Under the pieces are notes generated by a model that made no database searches, had not been told where the DNA came from, and worked only from the letters and a program-made list of their open reading frames with translations. 60,056 nt of DNA from an uncultured Desulfobulbia bacterium (lineage in GTDB: Bacteria; Desulfobacterota; Desulfobulbia; Desulfobulbales; CG2-30-60-27): assembly GCA_964443295.1 (NCBI GenBank), contig CAYUCH010000003.1:1-60056 (forward strand), written 5' to 3'. Numbering within the stretch: position 1 is the stretch's first letter; the number at the start of each line of letters is the position of its first letter. Made by a program: the position numbers and the translations under genes. Positions 46,175 through 55,567 of this stretch are shown in pieces.

Positions 46175-47740
46175 ATGGTTGAACAAAACGCATCAGCAGA
46201 ACTGACCCATATCAAGTATCTTTATGAGATAACCAAGATCCTGGCCTCAGCCAGTGATCTTCGGGATTGCTTGAACAAAGGCCTTAATTACCTTGCAGAT
46301 CACGCCGATATGCGGAATGGCACAGTTACCATTGTCAACCCGGTAACAGGTCAACTCGAAGTGGAAGTCGCCCATGGCTTAACCGCAGAAGCCCGCAAAA
46401 GAGGGAAATACAAAATCGGTGAAGGGATCACCGGCCGGGTAGTGGCAAGCGGAAATCCCATTGTTGTTCCACAAATCAGTGAAGAACCACTTTTTCTTAA
46501 CCGAACTCGCTCCAGAGGAGATGTAAACCTAGCGCGCCTTAGCTTTCTCTGTGTCCCCATCAAGCATGGTCACCAGACCATTGGTGCCTTGAGTGTCGAC
46601 CGGGAATACCCTGAAGGAGAAAGTAATTTTGATGAAGACCTGCGTTCACTCACTATTTTAAGCGGTCTTATTGCCCAAACTGTTGTACGAATTCAAGCAG
46701 TAAACCGAGAAAAAGAGCGATTGCAGACGGAGAACACTCAGCTAAAGAGAGAGCTCTCTGAAAAATACCAAATAGAGAACATCATCTCTAATTCCAGCCG
46801 GATGCAGGAAGTGTTTGAGATGATCCATAGAGTAGCGAGCAGCAATGCCACTGTCCTTCTTCGAGGTGAATCAGGCACAGGAAAAACCCTGGTTGCCAAG
46901 GCTCTTCATTACAACAGTAAACGCAAGAAAAAACCATTCATCTCCGTAAACTGCTCGGCATTGCCGGAAACCCTTTTGGAAAGTGAGCTTTTTGGCCATG
47001 AGAAGGGTGCTTTCACCGGCGCTCAAACCGCCAAAAAAGGACGTTTTGAACAAGCAGAAGGTGGCACCCTCTTCCTGGATGAAATTGGCGAACTTACTCA
47101 ATCCGTACAAGTCAAGCTGCTCAACGTTGTGCAGGACAGAGAATTTCAACGACTGGGTGGCATTAAGCCCATTAAATGTAACGTACGGCTAGTTGCCGCC
47201 ACGAATAAAGATCTCGAAAAAGCAGTGGCTGATACCACTTTTCGAGAAGATCTTTATTACCGCCTCAACGTCTTTCCCATCTACCTGCCTCCTCTTCGCG
47301 AAAGGCGGACTGACATTCTTCTTTTGGCTGAATACTTTCTCCAAAAATACAGCCAGGAAAATGAAAAAAAAATCCAACGCATTTCAACACCGGCAATTGA
47401 TCTACTCATGCAATATCATTGGCCAGGTAATGTCAGAGAATTACAAAACTGCATTGAACGGGCTGTTTTAATCAGTGACGATGACTCCATAAAGGGCTAT
47501 CACCTACCACCAACCTTGCAAAGTGCAGAAACGGTAAGTGAAAACAAAAACCCCTTATCCCTCACATCCTCGGTGGAAAATTTCGAAAGGGAAATCATTG
47601 TTGATGCGCTGAAAAAATCCAATGGCAACCAGACTAACGCAGCGAAAATGCTTGATACCAGCCTGCGGATCATCAATTACAAAATCAACAAATATGATAT
47701 TTCACCCGCCCAGTTTAAAGTGGCCAAGGCAGCCCCATGA
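46175..47740 (+). CDS. GAF-AAA+-HTH sigma54 activator (NifA-like architecture)
   Basis: GAF domain, GESGTGKT, GAFTGA, LFLDEIGE, WPGNVREL, Fis-type HTH; ATG at 46175. Confidence 0.93.
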   Translation: MVEQNASAELTHIKYLYEITKILASASDLRDCLNKGLNYLADHADMRNGTVTIVNPVTGQLEVEVAHGLTAEARKRGKYKIGEGITGRVVASGNPIVVPQISEEPLFLNRTRSRGDVNLARLSFLCVPIKHGHQTIGALSVDREYPEGESNFDEDLRSLTILSGLIAQTVVRIQAVNREKERLQTENTQLKRELSEKYQIENIISNSSRMQEVFEMIHRVASSNATVLLRGESGTGKTLVAKALHYNSKRKKKPFISVNCSALPETLLESELFGHEKGAFTGAQTAKKGRFEQAEGGTLFLDEIGELTQSVQVKLLNVVQDREFQRLGGIKPIKCNVRLVAATNKDLEKAVADTTFREDLYYRLNVFPIYLPPLRERRTDILLLAEYFLQKYSQENEKKIQRISTPAIDLLMQYHWPGNVRELQNCIERAVLISDDDSIKGYHLPPTLQSAETVSENKNPLSLTSSVENFEREIIVDALKKSNGNQTNAAKMLDTSLRIINYKINKYDISPAQFKVAKAAP

Positions 47741-48282
47741 ATTTATTGATGCATATGTGCTGTGGCCCATGCTCAACGTACCCCATAACTCTGTTGCGAG
47801 ATGAAGGAAATACCCCGCAGGGTTTCTTTTTCAATCCTAATATCCATCCTTTTAAAGAGTTTCGCCGCAGGCTGGAAACACTGGAAGATTTGGCCAGTAA
47901 AACCGGTATAGTAGTTGAATTTGAAGAACAATATGGAATGCGGGAATTTTTAAGGGCCGTGGTTTTTGAAGAAGAAAAACGCTGCAAAACCTGTTACGCC
48001 ATGCGCCTTGAGGCTACCGCCATTCGTGCCAAAGAAACCGGCGCCGATGCATTCAGTTCCACCCTCCTTTATAGCCGTTATCAAAATCACAATCTCATTC
48101 GCGAGGTTGGTGATAAAATGGCCGAAAAACACAACATCTCGTTTTACTATCGTGATTTCCGTGAAGGCTGGCAAACTGGTATTGATATGGCCGTAGAATA
48201 TGGACTCTATCGTCAACCCTATTGTGGATGCATTTATAGTGAACAGGAAAGATACGACAAGAAATTGAAAAAAAAGAACTAG
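47737..48282 (+). CDS. queH: Epoxyqueuosine reductase QueH
   Basis: LMHMCCGPC, NPNIHP, RC..CY.MRL, YRQPYCGCIYSE. Confidence 0.93.
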   Translation: MNLLMHMCCGPCSTYPITLLRDEGNTPQGFFFNPNIHPFKEFRRRLETLEDLASKTGIVVEFEEQYGMREFLRAVVFEEEKRCKTCYAMRLEATAIRAKETGADAFSSTLLYSRYQNHNLIREVGDKMAEKHNISFYYRDFREGWQTGIDMAVEYGLYRQPYCGCIYSEQERYDKKLKKKN

Positions 48283-48297
48283 TGCAGCTGTACAATT

Positions 48298-48984
48298 TTA
48301 CAAAAGAAGCTGAATCCTTTTCATGATGGAAATTTTGCCATCACTTTGTTCGCCAATAATGCGAACCTCACCCAAGAGGGGCTCTGCCTCTTGAGCCACG
48401 ACACTGTTCGGATACTGAACCAGAAGCTGTTCAAGTCGGTTTACGGCAGCCTCCCACTCTCCAGTACGAACATAAAACTTTGCAACATAGAGCTCATGTT
48501 TGGCCAGAAACTCCCTCGCTTTCTTAATCCGCACTTTTGCCTCAGTAACATACGAAGAACGGGGATAGGTACGAATGAGACGGGTAAATACGCCTATTGA
48601 ATCATGGGCCGAACCGGGGTCTCGATCAATGGTATCTATGCGCTTATAATGACACATACCAATCTGGAAAAGCACATATGGCATGGCCTCGTTGGTAGGA
48701 TGCTTGCTCTCAAATTCTTCATAAAGTACAAGGGCCTCGGCAACCTCATTCTTATAGAAATAGCAATCAGCAGATTTCAACTCAGCGAGCAAACTATATT
48801 GACTGAATGGGAAAAAATCTCGTACCTGCTGGAAATCTTGAAGGGCAGAGCTGTAACGGCCTCGATTAAAATAATCCATGGCCCTGGCGGTTATTTCGTT
48901 TGGATCTGCAGGAGGTGGAGGCTCAACTGCAGCGCAGGCTGACATCAATACAACCAATATGACCAGAAATATTTTTTTTAACAT
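48298..48984 (-). CDS. bamD: Outer membrane assembly lipoprotein BamD
   Basis: Lipobox SAC, TPR repeats, DRDP, LAKHELYVAKFY. Confidence 0.92.
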   Translation of the reverse strand: MLKKIFLVILVVLMSACAAVEPPPPADPNEITARAMDYFNRGRYSSALQDFQQVRDFFPFSQYSLLAELKSADCYFYKNEVAEALVLYEEFESKHPTNEAMPYVLFQIGMCHYKRIDTIDRDPGSAHDSIGVFTRLIRTYPRSSYVTEAKVRIKKAREFLAKHELYVAKFYVRTGEWEAAVNRLEQLLVQYPNSVVAQEAEPLLGEVRIIGEQSDGKISIMKRIQLLL

Positions 48985-49911
48985 TTACACTAGCTCACTA
49001 AGATATTCTTCAACAGCCTGCTCGGCTACAGCACCTTCACCGGCAGCATTGACCACTTGCCTTACTTCCTTTGAACGAATGTCACCGGCCGCCATGACGC
49101 CGGGAATATTTGTTCGCATTTCTTCATCAGTTTTTACAAAACCGTTTTCCATGTTTAATTGATCCGCCGGTAATATTTCCGTGTTTGGGATAGTGCCGAT
49201 CAGGACAAATACACCACCCACGGCAAGCGTACTTTCATTGCCGTTATTATTGCGAATGAGAATGTTTTCCACCCCATTTTCACCACGAACCTCAGTCACA
49301 TGAGAATCCCACAGGAAATCAATCTTCTCATTGGCAAAGGCATGCTCTTGCACTATTTTCGTGGCGCGAAGTTCGTCGCGACGGTGGATTACCGTTACTT
49401 TTTCTGCAAAGCGAGTCAGGTACACGGCTTCCTGGATTGCGGTATTTCCACCCCCAACAACTACAACATGCTCACCTCTAAAAAAAGGCCCATCACATGT
49501 CGCACAATAGGAAACTCCCTTGCCGGTCATTTCCGACTCCCCTGGGATACCGAGCCTGTTGGGGCGCGCCCCTGTGCAGAGGATAAGGGCTTGGCAGGTT
49601 ATAGTCTCACCACTTTCCAAATTGAGACGTTTTACCGGTTGAGAAAGATCCATAGAAACGACATTGGCCAGTTTATGCTGTAAACCAAAACGGGCAGCCT
49701 GAGCCGACATTTTTTCCATGAGATCAAATCCGGAAATACCATCTGGAAAACCTGGATAATTATCAATCCAGTCAGTGACCAGCACTTGGCCACCAAGTGC
49801 TCCTTTCTCAAGCAGTATGGCCTGCAATTGAGAACGGGAAGCATATAGCCCTGCCGTCAAACCTGCAGGGCCGCCGCCTAAAATTACAAGCTGATAATCG
49901 ATAGATGACAT
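48985..49911 (-). CDS. trxB: Thioredoxin reductase
   Basis: GGGPAG, GVSYCATCDG, HRRD. Confidence 0.97.
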   Translation of the reverse strand: MSSIDYQLVILGGGPAGLTAGLYASRSQLQAILLEKGALGGQVLVTDWIDNYPGFPDGISGFDLMEKMSAQAARFGLQHKLANVVSMDLSQPVKRLNLESGETITCQALILCTGARPNRLGIPGESEMTGKGVSYCATCDGPFFRGEHVVVVGGGNTAIQEAVYLTRFAEKVTVIHRRDELRATKIVQEHAFANEKIDFLWDSHVTEVRGENGVENILIRNNNGNESTLAVGGVFVLIGTIPNTEILPADQLNMENGFVKTDEEMRTNIPGVMAAGDIRSKEVRQVVNAAGEGAVAEQAVEEYLSELV

Positions 49912-49948
49912 AACAGAATATGTTCACACATATTGCGAACCGGTACGA

Positions 49949-50278
49949 CTATAGTGCCTTATTAAGCATCTCAACAATTTGAGTTTTTCCAACAGCACCG
50001 GTAACCTGATCCGCCACATCGCCACCTTTAAATAAGATCAGGGTAGGAATGGCTCGAATGCCATACTTACCTGGAGTGGCAGGATTATCATCGACATTCA
50101 TTTTTGCAATAACAGCTTTTCCGTCAAATTCACCGGCCAACTCTTCAATAACCGGGCCAATTGCTTTACAAGGTCCGCACCATGGTGCCCAAAAATCCAC
50201 CAGAACGGGAACAGCTGCTTTTAATACCTGGGCCTCAAAATCACCATCGCCAACATGAATCACATTATCTCCAGCCAT
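49949..50278 (-). CDS. trxA: Thioredoxin
   Basis: FWAPWCGPCK, IPTL. Confidence 0.98.
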   Translation of the reverse strand: MAGDNVIHVGDGDFEAQVLKAAVPVLVDFWAPWCGPCKAIGPVIEELAGEFDGKAVIAKMNVDDNPATPGKYGIRAIPTLILFKGGDVADQVTGAVGKTQIVEMLNKAL

Positions 50279-50637
50279 GGTTATCTCCTCTCATCTATGG
50301 TGAAAAATAAAAAATAAGAATACATTTCAATTATAAGCTCAAAAATCGGAAGCATTCTACCTTTTGCTGAAATGCAACACAAGCAATATGTAAATAATTC
50401 GTATAAAGTTATTCCAACATCAACTACGCACCGATCATCCTTTAGCTACAGGTGTTTCACGCGACGTAATCGGTTAAATAAATATGACATGTGACACATT
50501 AATAGAAGATAAGAATATTCCAAATGCCAACTTATAATTTCAACTACTTACAGCTTGACACACGCCCGTCTGGCTACTGATTATAATACGAAGCACAAAG
50601 CCCCTGAAAAAAGACAACAGCCAGGCAAGGGAAAAAT

Positions 50638-51033
50638 ATGAATCAAAAGGAAAGAGCTGAACTCCTCCAAGTTATTGCAGATTTTATTGAAATGGGACAT
50701 GTTGAAAACATAGTTTCCATGTACAAACAAGATCCCACATTATATGAACTCACCGGCGACCTCTTACGTGATGAGCGATATATGGTTCGCATGGGCATGG
50801 CCATATTATTTGAAGAGCTTGTACAAGAACGACCAGAAGATGTGGCCTTGGCCATTCCATCACTCAAAGCTTTAGTGGGTGACTCTCCTACCTGGGTGAA
50901 AGGGGAAGCGGTTACACTCCTAGGTATCATCGGGACACCGGAAGCCCTGCTTCCCATAAAAGATCTTATTCATGATCCGGATCCACAAATTGCTGAAATC
51001 GCCCTTGATATAATGAATGAGAATGAAAGATAA
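50638..51033 (+). CDS. HEAT-repeat protein
   Basis: LLRDERYMVR, WVKGEAVTLLGIIG, DPDPQI repeats. Confidence 0.8.
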   Translation: MNQKERAELLQVIADFIEMGHVENIVSMYKQDPTLYELTGDLLRDERYMVRMGMAILFEELVQERPEDVALAIPSLKALVGDSPTWVKGEAVTLLGIIGTPEALLPIKDLIHDPDPQIAEIALDIMNENER

Positions 51034-51814
51034 CTCTAAAAAATCCACTTTTTATTTCTGGGCCGGCCATTTTATCATATTTGGAAAAATTACCGGCAAT
51101 ACGGAACACCGCCATCATGCCGTTCAGGTCATCTTTAACCGCGAAGGGCTTTTCGAGCTTCAATCGGAAGGTTCAACTCTTCTTTGTGGTGGTGTCATAA
51201 TTGGCTCTGATCACCCCCATCAATTACTCAGCTCCAATGACTCCCAAGTTCACATGCTCATCGACAACGAAACAACAGTGGCCGGAATTCTCAAGGACAA
51301 ATACCTTCAGGGAGAAACAGTCAATGTAATGGATGCGGAGCTTTTACAAAAACTACGGGATTGTATCGGTTTCTCTGGAAATGTGCCCGGCACTTGCCAG
51401 GATGCAGACCAGGTATATAGAAAGCTGACTTCGGAGCTGGGTGCTTCTCCCGGTGAAAAAAAAGGGGATTTTGACCCACGAATCCAAGACACTATTAATC
51501 ACATTAATAAATCAATCTCCAAGCGAATTACCATTCCCGACCTGGCCCGCCGGGCCTGCCTTTCTGAAAGTCGCTTGACCCACTTGTTTACCGAGCAGAT
51601 CGGTATTCCCATCAGTAGATATATCCTCTGGGCCCGCCTCATGACTGCAGTGCAGCATGTTCTTGCCGGTGAATCAATAACCGATGCCGCATATAGTGCC
51701 GGTTTCTCCGATTCCGCCCACCTGAGCCGCACCTACCGCCAAATGTATGGCATCACCTTGGCCAGCGTATTTAAAAATAGCAGGTTTATTCAAGTTATCT
51801 CCTGCCTGGATTGA
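51023..51814 (+). CDS. AraC-family transcriptional regulator
   Basis: HRHHAVQ cupin-like N-terminus, LSESRLTHLF..GIP..RY, AGFSDSAHLSR double HTH. Confidence 0.95.
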   Translation: MKDNSKKSTFYFWAGHFIIFGKITGNTEHRHHAVQVIFNREGLFELQSEGSTLLCGGVIIGSDHPHQLLSSNDSQVHMLIDNETTVAGILKDKYLQGETVNVMDAELLQKLRDCIGFSGNVPGTCQDADQVYRKLTSELGASPGEKKGDFDPRIQDTINHINKSISKRITIPDLARRACLSESRLTHLFTEQIGIPISRYILWARLMTAVQHVLAGESITDAAYSAGFSDSAHLSRTYRQMYGITLASVFKNSRFIQVISCLD

Positions 51815-51906
51815 TATCTTAATAAAGGTTGAGAGCTTAGTTAATTTCTTAAGCTCAACAAACAGACATAACACTCCGTAATTATACTAAAAAAAGGAGG
51901 GCAGAA

Positions 51907-52305
51907 ATGAGAGGGTCATATCTGGTTGCTATTTGGGTAGTATTATTTTGTTGTTCAGTTGTAAAATGTGTCTCTGCAGAGCCAGTTTTGAAGAGGTTTG
52001 ACGAAGGCACCCAAACCTGCCGAGAGATTACCTATAAAAACGTCATGACCGGCTATAAAATTTTCCGCACATCGTGTAAAACTTGTCATTATCAAGGCAA
52101 TCAGGATGGAACGCGGTTTCTGTATTCAGAATCAAAAACTCCAAAAGCCTGGAACAGGGTTTTTACAGATTTATATCCTGAGTGCGTCAGTGCGGGAGCC
52201 TGGGATAGTTTAGCGCCTACAGACAGGCTTGCTCTGAACGATTATCTTTTAGTCGATGCTTTTGGAAATTTCGATCCCAATCAAGTGGGAAGTTGCTTCA
52301 GCTGA
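51907..52305 (+). CDS. Secreted mono-heme cytochrome c, paralog 1 (may extend by a Sec codon)
   Basis: Signal peptide, single CKTCH, AAGGAGG RBS; stop region TGA-TAG. Confidence 0.88.
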   Translation: MRGSYLVAIWVVLFCCSVVKCVSAEPVLKRFDEGTQTCREITYKNVMTGYKIFRTSCKTCHYQGNQDGTRFLYSESKTPKAWNRVFTDLYPECVSAGAWDSLAPTDRLALNDYLLVDAFGNFDPNQVGSCFS

Positions 52306-52315
52306 TAGTCCCATC

Positions 52316-52334
52316 GCGCCCCGGTACGGGGCGC
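52316..52334 (+). other. Conserved hairpin GCGCCCC-GGTAC-GGGGCGC (candidate SECIS or terminator), copy 1
   Basis: Perfect 7-bp stem; loop begins 17 nt after the TGA. Confidence 0.5.
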
Positions 52335-52437
52335 TTTTCACCTCATTCCCCCACGATCTACTCTTTCCTGTCTGGCTGTAAATACAACTCAAAGATTGCC
52401 TATTAACATCCAGATATGCATATATGTAACTTTTTAA

Positions 52438-52504
52438 CACCACTTTGGCCTGCCCATTCAAAAACAGCGGATTCATTCAAGTCATCTCCTGCCTGGACTG
52501 ATAT
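52438..52504 (+). pseudogene. Remnant of a second araC 3' end (last ~20 codons)
   Basis: 55/67 nt identical to 51751-51817; translates TTLACPFKNSGFIQVISCLD* versus ITLASVFKNSRFIQVISCLD*. Confidence 0.85.
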
Positions 52505-52582
52505 TTTTCTAAGTAATGAAAGAGTTACTCCGTGGTTTTCTCTCTCAAGGCTCATTCTCAACAGAAATTTAGGAGGTGTTGA

Positions 52583-52981
52583 ATGAAAAAATTGTGTCTG
52601 GGATTTTTTACACTTTCTCTGATAGGTCTCTTTGTGTCTTTAGGGATAGCAGGCCCACAAAGTCGGTTTGATCAGACCACAAAAACATGCAGAAAATTTC
52701 ATGTTTATGATGCTCTGATGAACGAGGCATCAAACCTCTTCAAGGACAATTGCAAATCATGTCATTATCGCGGCAATGAAAAAGAAGCCCCATTTCTCCA
52801 TTCCGAGTCCAAAACGCCAGAGGCCTGGGACCGGGCATTTTTTGAGCGCTACCCCAAATGCGCCCAGGACGGTACCTGGGATAAACTTGAGCTACGGGAC
52901 CTTATGGTGATCAATGATTATCTTTTCCGTTTCGGGGCTGGGACATACGATCCCAATGATGCTGACGATGCTTACTGCTGA
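52583..52981 (+). CDS. Secreted mono-heme cytochrome c, paralog 2 (may extend by a Sec codon)
   Basis: Signal peptide, single CKSCH; shares RFD..T.TCR, FL.SESKTP.AW, NDYL, DPN with paralog 1; stop region TGA-TAA. Confidence 0.88.
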   Translation: MKKLCLGFFTLSLIGLFVSLGIAGPQSRFDQTTKTCRKFHVYDALMNEASNLFKDNCKSCHYRGNEKEAPFLHSESKTPEAWDRAFFERYPKCAQDGTWDKLELRDLMVINDYLFRFGAGTYDPNDADDAYC

Positions 52982-52993
52982 TAAGAGTTCATT

Positions 52994-53013
52994 GCGCCCC
53001 GGTACGGGGCGCT
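52994..53013 (+). other. Conserved hairpin GCGCCCC(C)-GGTAC-GGGGCGC (candidate SECIS), copy 2
   Basis: Same stem and loop as copy 1; followed by TCCCCC, with no U-tract. Confidence 0.5.
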
Positions 53014-53097
53014 CCCCCACCATTCTCCTTATTCTTCTCAATTCAGCCACTTTATAATTTCTTTGTATAGCCAAACAAATATCCGTATACTCATAAT

Positions 53098-55509
53098 ATG
53101 ATATACGGAGAACAAGCCAAAAAACATCCTGCCCTATTGAAAACAAATTTCAGAGAAATGGTCATTCCATTTCTCCTGTTTTTTATTCCGATATTCACAC
53201 TCATCGTTATATTTTCAGTTAGTATTTTTTTTCTCCACATCAAAAACAACCGAACCATTATTGAAAACCGGGGCCAGGACATTGTCAAAGTTGCAACAAG
53301 TACCATTGAAAATCATTTTGACTCCATCATCTCAGATCTCATAATTCTTTCTGAAAACCGAAACATCCTAAATTTCCTCAATACACAGAGTACTACCTCC
53401 CGCCAGGCCATTGCTGATGATTTCCTTATTCTTTCCACTGGGAAAAAACAGTATGACCAAATACGTTATCTTGACGAGACTGGCATGGAGGTTATTAGGG
53501 TAAATTTCAATTCCGGTTCCCCATCCATAGTCCCTGAAGGAGAACTGCAATCTAAGGGAAAACGCTACTACTTCTCAGACTGCTTTCAGCTTGATCGCGG
53601 ACAAATTTTTGTGTCGCCCTTTGATTTGAATATTGAGAAAGGTGAAGTTGAAAGACCACTTAAACCGATGATTCGTTTTGGCACCCCAGTCTTTGACAAT
53701 AAAGGAAACAAAAGAGGTATTGTCCTTTTGAATTATCTGGGTACTCACCTCATCCGGGCCCTCTCCGAAGCAACAGTGGAATTACCTGGTTCTTTGACAT
53801 TAGTTAACGCAGATGGATACTGGATAAAGGGTATGACCGCTGAAGATGAATGGGGATTTATGTTCAAAGAAAAAAAGCAGCGTACATTCAGCATAGATTT
53901 CCCAACAATCTGGCCCATTATTTCCTCCATGGAAACTGGGCATATCAGAAGTAATGGTAGGCTTTTTTCATTTGCCACTGTTTATCCTGTAGAGGAAGCT
54001 CATAAATCAAGCACAGGATCCGGCAAGGCCTTTTCAAAAAGCACAGCTCATTTCTCCGGCAAAGAATACTATTGGAAAATAATCTCCTATGTTTCTGCTG
54101 AGATATTTAATGCAACCACAAAGGACAAGCTTCAAAAGCTCCTCCTATTGGATTTTTTATTTATTACAATTTTAGCAATTATTTGCTGGATGCTAGCCTG
54201 GGCAAACAGCTCTAAACGTATTGCGGAGGCCGAACTGAGAAAATCCCGTGATGAACTGGAAAAACGGGTCAAAGAACGAACAAACGACCTGGCTGCTGCC
54301 AACAAAAAACTAATGAATGAAATTCGTGAACGAAAACAGGCAGAGACAAGATTACGACATACGCAAAAAACTGAGGCCATTGGGACTTTGGCTGGCGGTA
54401 TAGCCCACGATTTCAATAATATACTTACAGCGATTCTTGGTTTTGCCAATTTAGTTCAAGATGAGCTTTCCAAAAACAGTGAGCTTTGGGCTGAGCAACA
54501 CGAGGTCATCAAAGCTGCAAATCGTGCCAAAGAACTGGTAAAGCAAATTCTTGCTGTAAGCCGTCAAACAGAACACGGCCGTGAACCTATTCAAGTCCAC
54601 CTGATTATCAAAGAAGCATTACAACTGTTGCGCCCCTCCATTCCTGCAACCATTGAAATTCATTCTGATATTGATCCTGCCTCCGGCTATGTAATGGCTG
54701 ATCCAACCCAAATTTACCAAATAATCATGAACCTATGCACCAATGCCTCACATGCCATGCAGGAAAGGGGTGGAGAACTGCATATTTCATTATCACCCAT
54801 GGAGCTCAATGAAGAACAAAAACGCCTACATGAAATTGGCCCGGATCTCCCGGCAGGGAAATATCTTAAGCTGGTGGTGCGCGATACCGGTATCGGTATA
54901 GCTCCTGACGTACTAGATAAGATTTTTGATCCTTACTTTACTACCAAAAGGAAAGGAGAAGGAACAGGTTTAGGGCTTGCTGTTGTTCAAGGGATTGTGA
55001 AAACATATGGGGGTGACATTACAGTTGCCAGCAATCTCGGCCAAGGATCAACGTTTACTGTTTTCCTACCCCGCATAGAAATTGATATGAACAAAAAGCC
55101 CGAGGAGGACGAAGATAGTTCCTTTCCTGAAGGTAACGAACGAATTTTAGTAGTGGACGACGAAGAACCGGTTGCCGGTGTTATAGATCGATTGCTGACA
55201 AGCCTTGGTTACCAGGTGACCATCCGGACAAAGAGCCCGGAGGCGTTACAATTGCTTCAAAACCAGCCAGACCAATTTGACCTGGTCATTACTGATATGA
55301 CCATGCCGGGAATGACTGGTGATGAACTTGCCGAAAAACTACTGGAACTTCGCCAAGACCTGCCCATAATTCTCTGCACCGGTTTCCATGCCCTCATTGA
55401 TGAAAAGAGAGCAAAAGCCATTGGGATCCGAGAATTTATCTTCAAACCATTTTCAAAAGGAACCATTGCTGAAACGGTACGAAGGGCACTGGACAGTACT
55501 GGCAAATAA
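53098..55509 (+). CDS. Hybrid sensor histidine kinase (periplasmic Cache-like sensor, HisKA, HATPase, REC)
   Basis: Two TMs, GGIAHDFNN, NLCTNA, PYFTTK..GTGLGL, ITDMTMP; exact start uncertain. Confidence 0.95.
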   Translation: MIYGEQAKKHPALLKTNFREMVIPFLLFFIPIFTLIVIFSVSIFFLHIKNNRTIIENRGQDIVKVATSTIENHFDSIISDLIILSENRNILNFLNTQSTTSRQAIADDFLILSTGKKQYDQIRYLDETGMEVIRVNFNSGSPSIVPEGELQSKGKRYYFSDCFQLDRGQIFVSPFDLNIEKGEVERPLKPMIRFGTPVFDNKGNKRGIVLLNYLGTHLIRALSEATVELPGSLTLVNADGYWIKGMTAEDEWGFMFKEKKQRTFSIDFPTIWPIISSMETGHIRSNGRLFSFATVYPVEEAHKSSTGSGKAFSKSTAHFSGKEYYWKIISYVSAEIFNATTKDKLQKLLLLDFLFITILAIICWMLAWANSSKRIAEAELRKSRDELEKRVKERTNDLAAANKKLMNEIRERKQAETRLRHTQKTEAIGTLAGGIAHDFNNILTAILGFANLVQDELSKNSELWAEQHEVIKAANRAKELVKQILAVSRQTEHGREPIQVHLIIKEALQLLRPSIPATIEIHSDIDPASGYVMADPTQIYQIIMNLCTNASHAMQERGGELHISLSPMELNEEQKRLHEIGPDLPAGKYLKLVVRDTGIGIAPDVLDKIFDPYFTTKRKGEGTGLGLAVVQGIVKTYGGDITVASNLGQGSTFTVFLPRIEIDMNKKPEEDEDSSFPEGNERILVVDDEEPVAGVIDRLLTSLGYQVTIRTKSPEALQLLQNQPDQFDLVITDMTMPGMTGDELAEKLLELRQDLPIILCTGFHALIDEKRAKAIGIREFIFKPFSKGTIAETVRRALDSTGK

Positions 55510-55525
55510 GAAAAATCTCATAATG

Positions 55526-55555
55526 GGTGAAGGGCGAATTTAAACGCCCTTCACC
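55526..55555. terminator. Hairpin between the convergent kinase gene and aspS
   Basis: 11-bp perfect stem GGTGAAGGGCG/CGCCCTTCACC. Confidence 0.7.
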
Positions 55556-55567
55556 ACCATATTCAAT

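Noticed and set aside
46175..47740. Assigning the symbol nifA
   Set aside because: Architecture fits, but there is no nif context and many paralogous GAF activators exist in this group
50555..50587. TTGACA...TATAAT promoter upstream of the HEAT gene
   Set aside because: Spacer is 21 nt, too long for a standard sigma70 promoter
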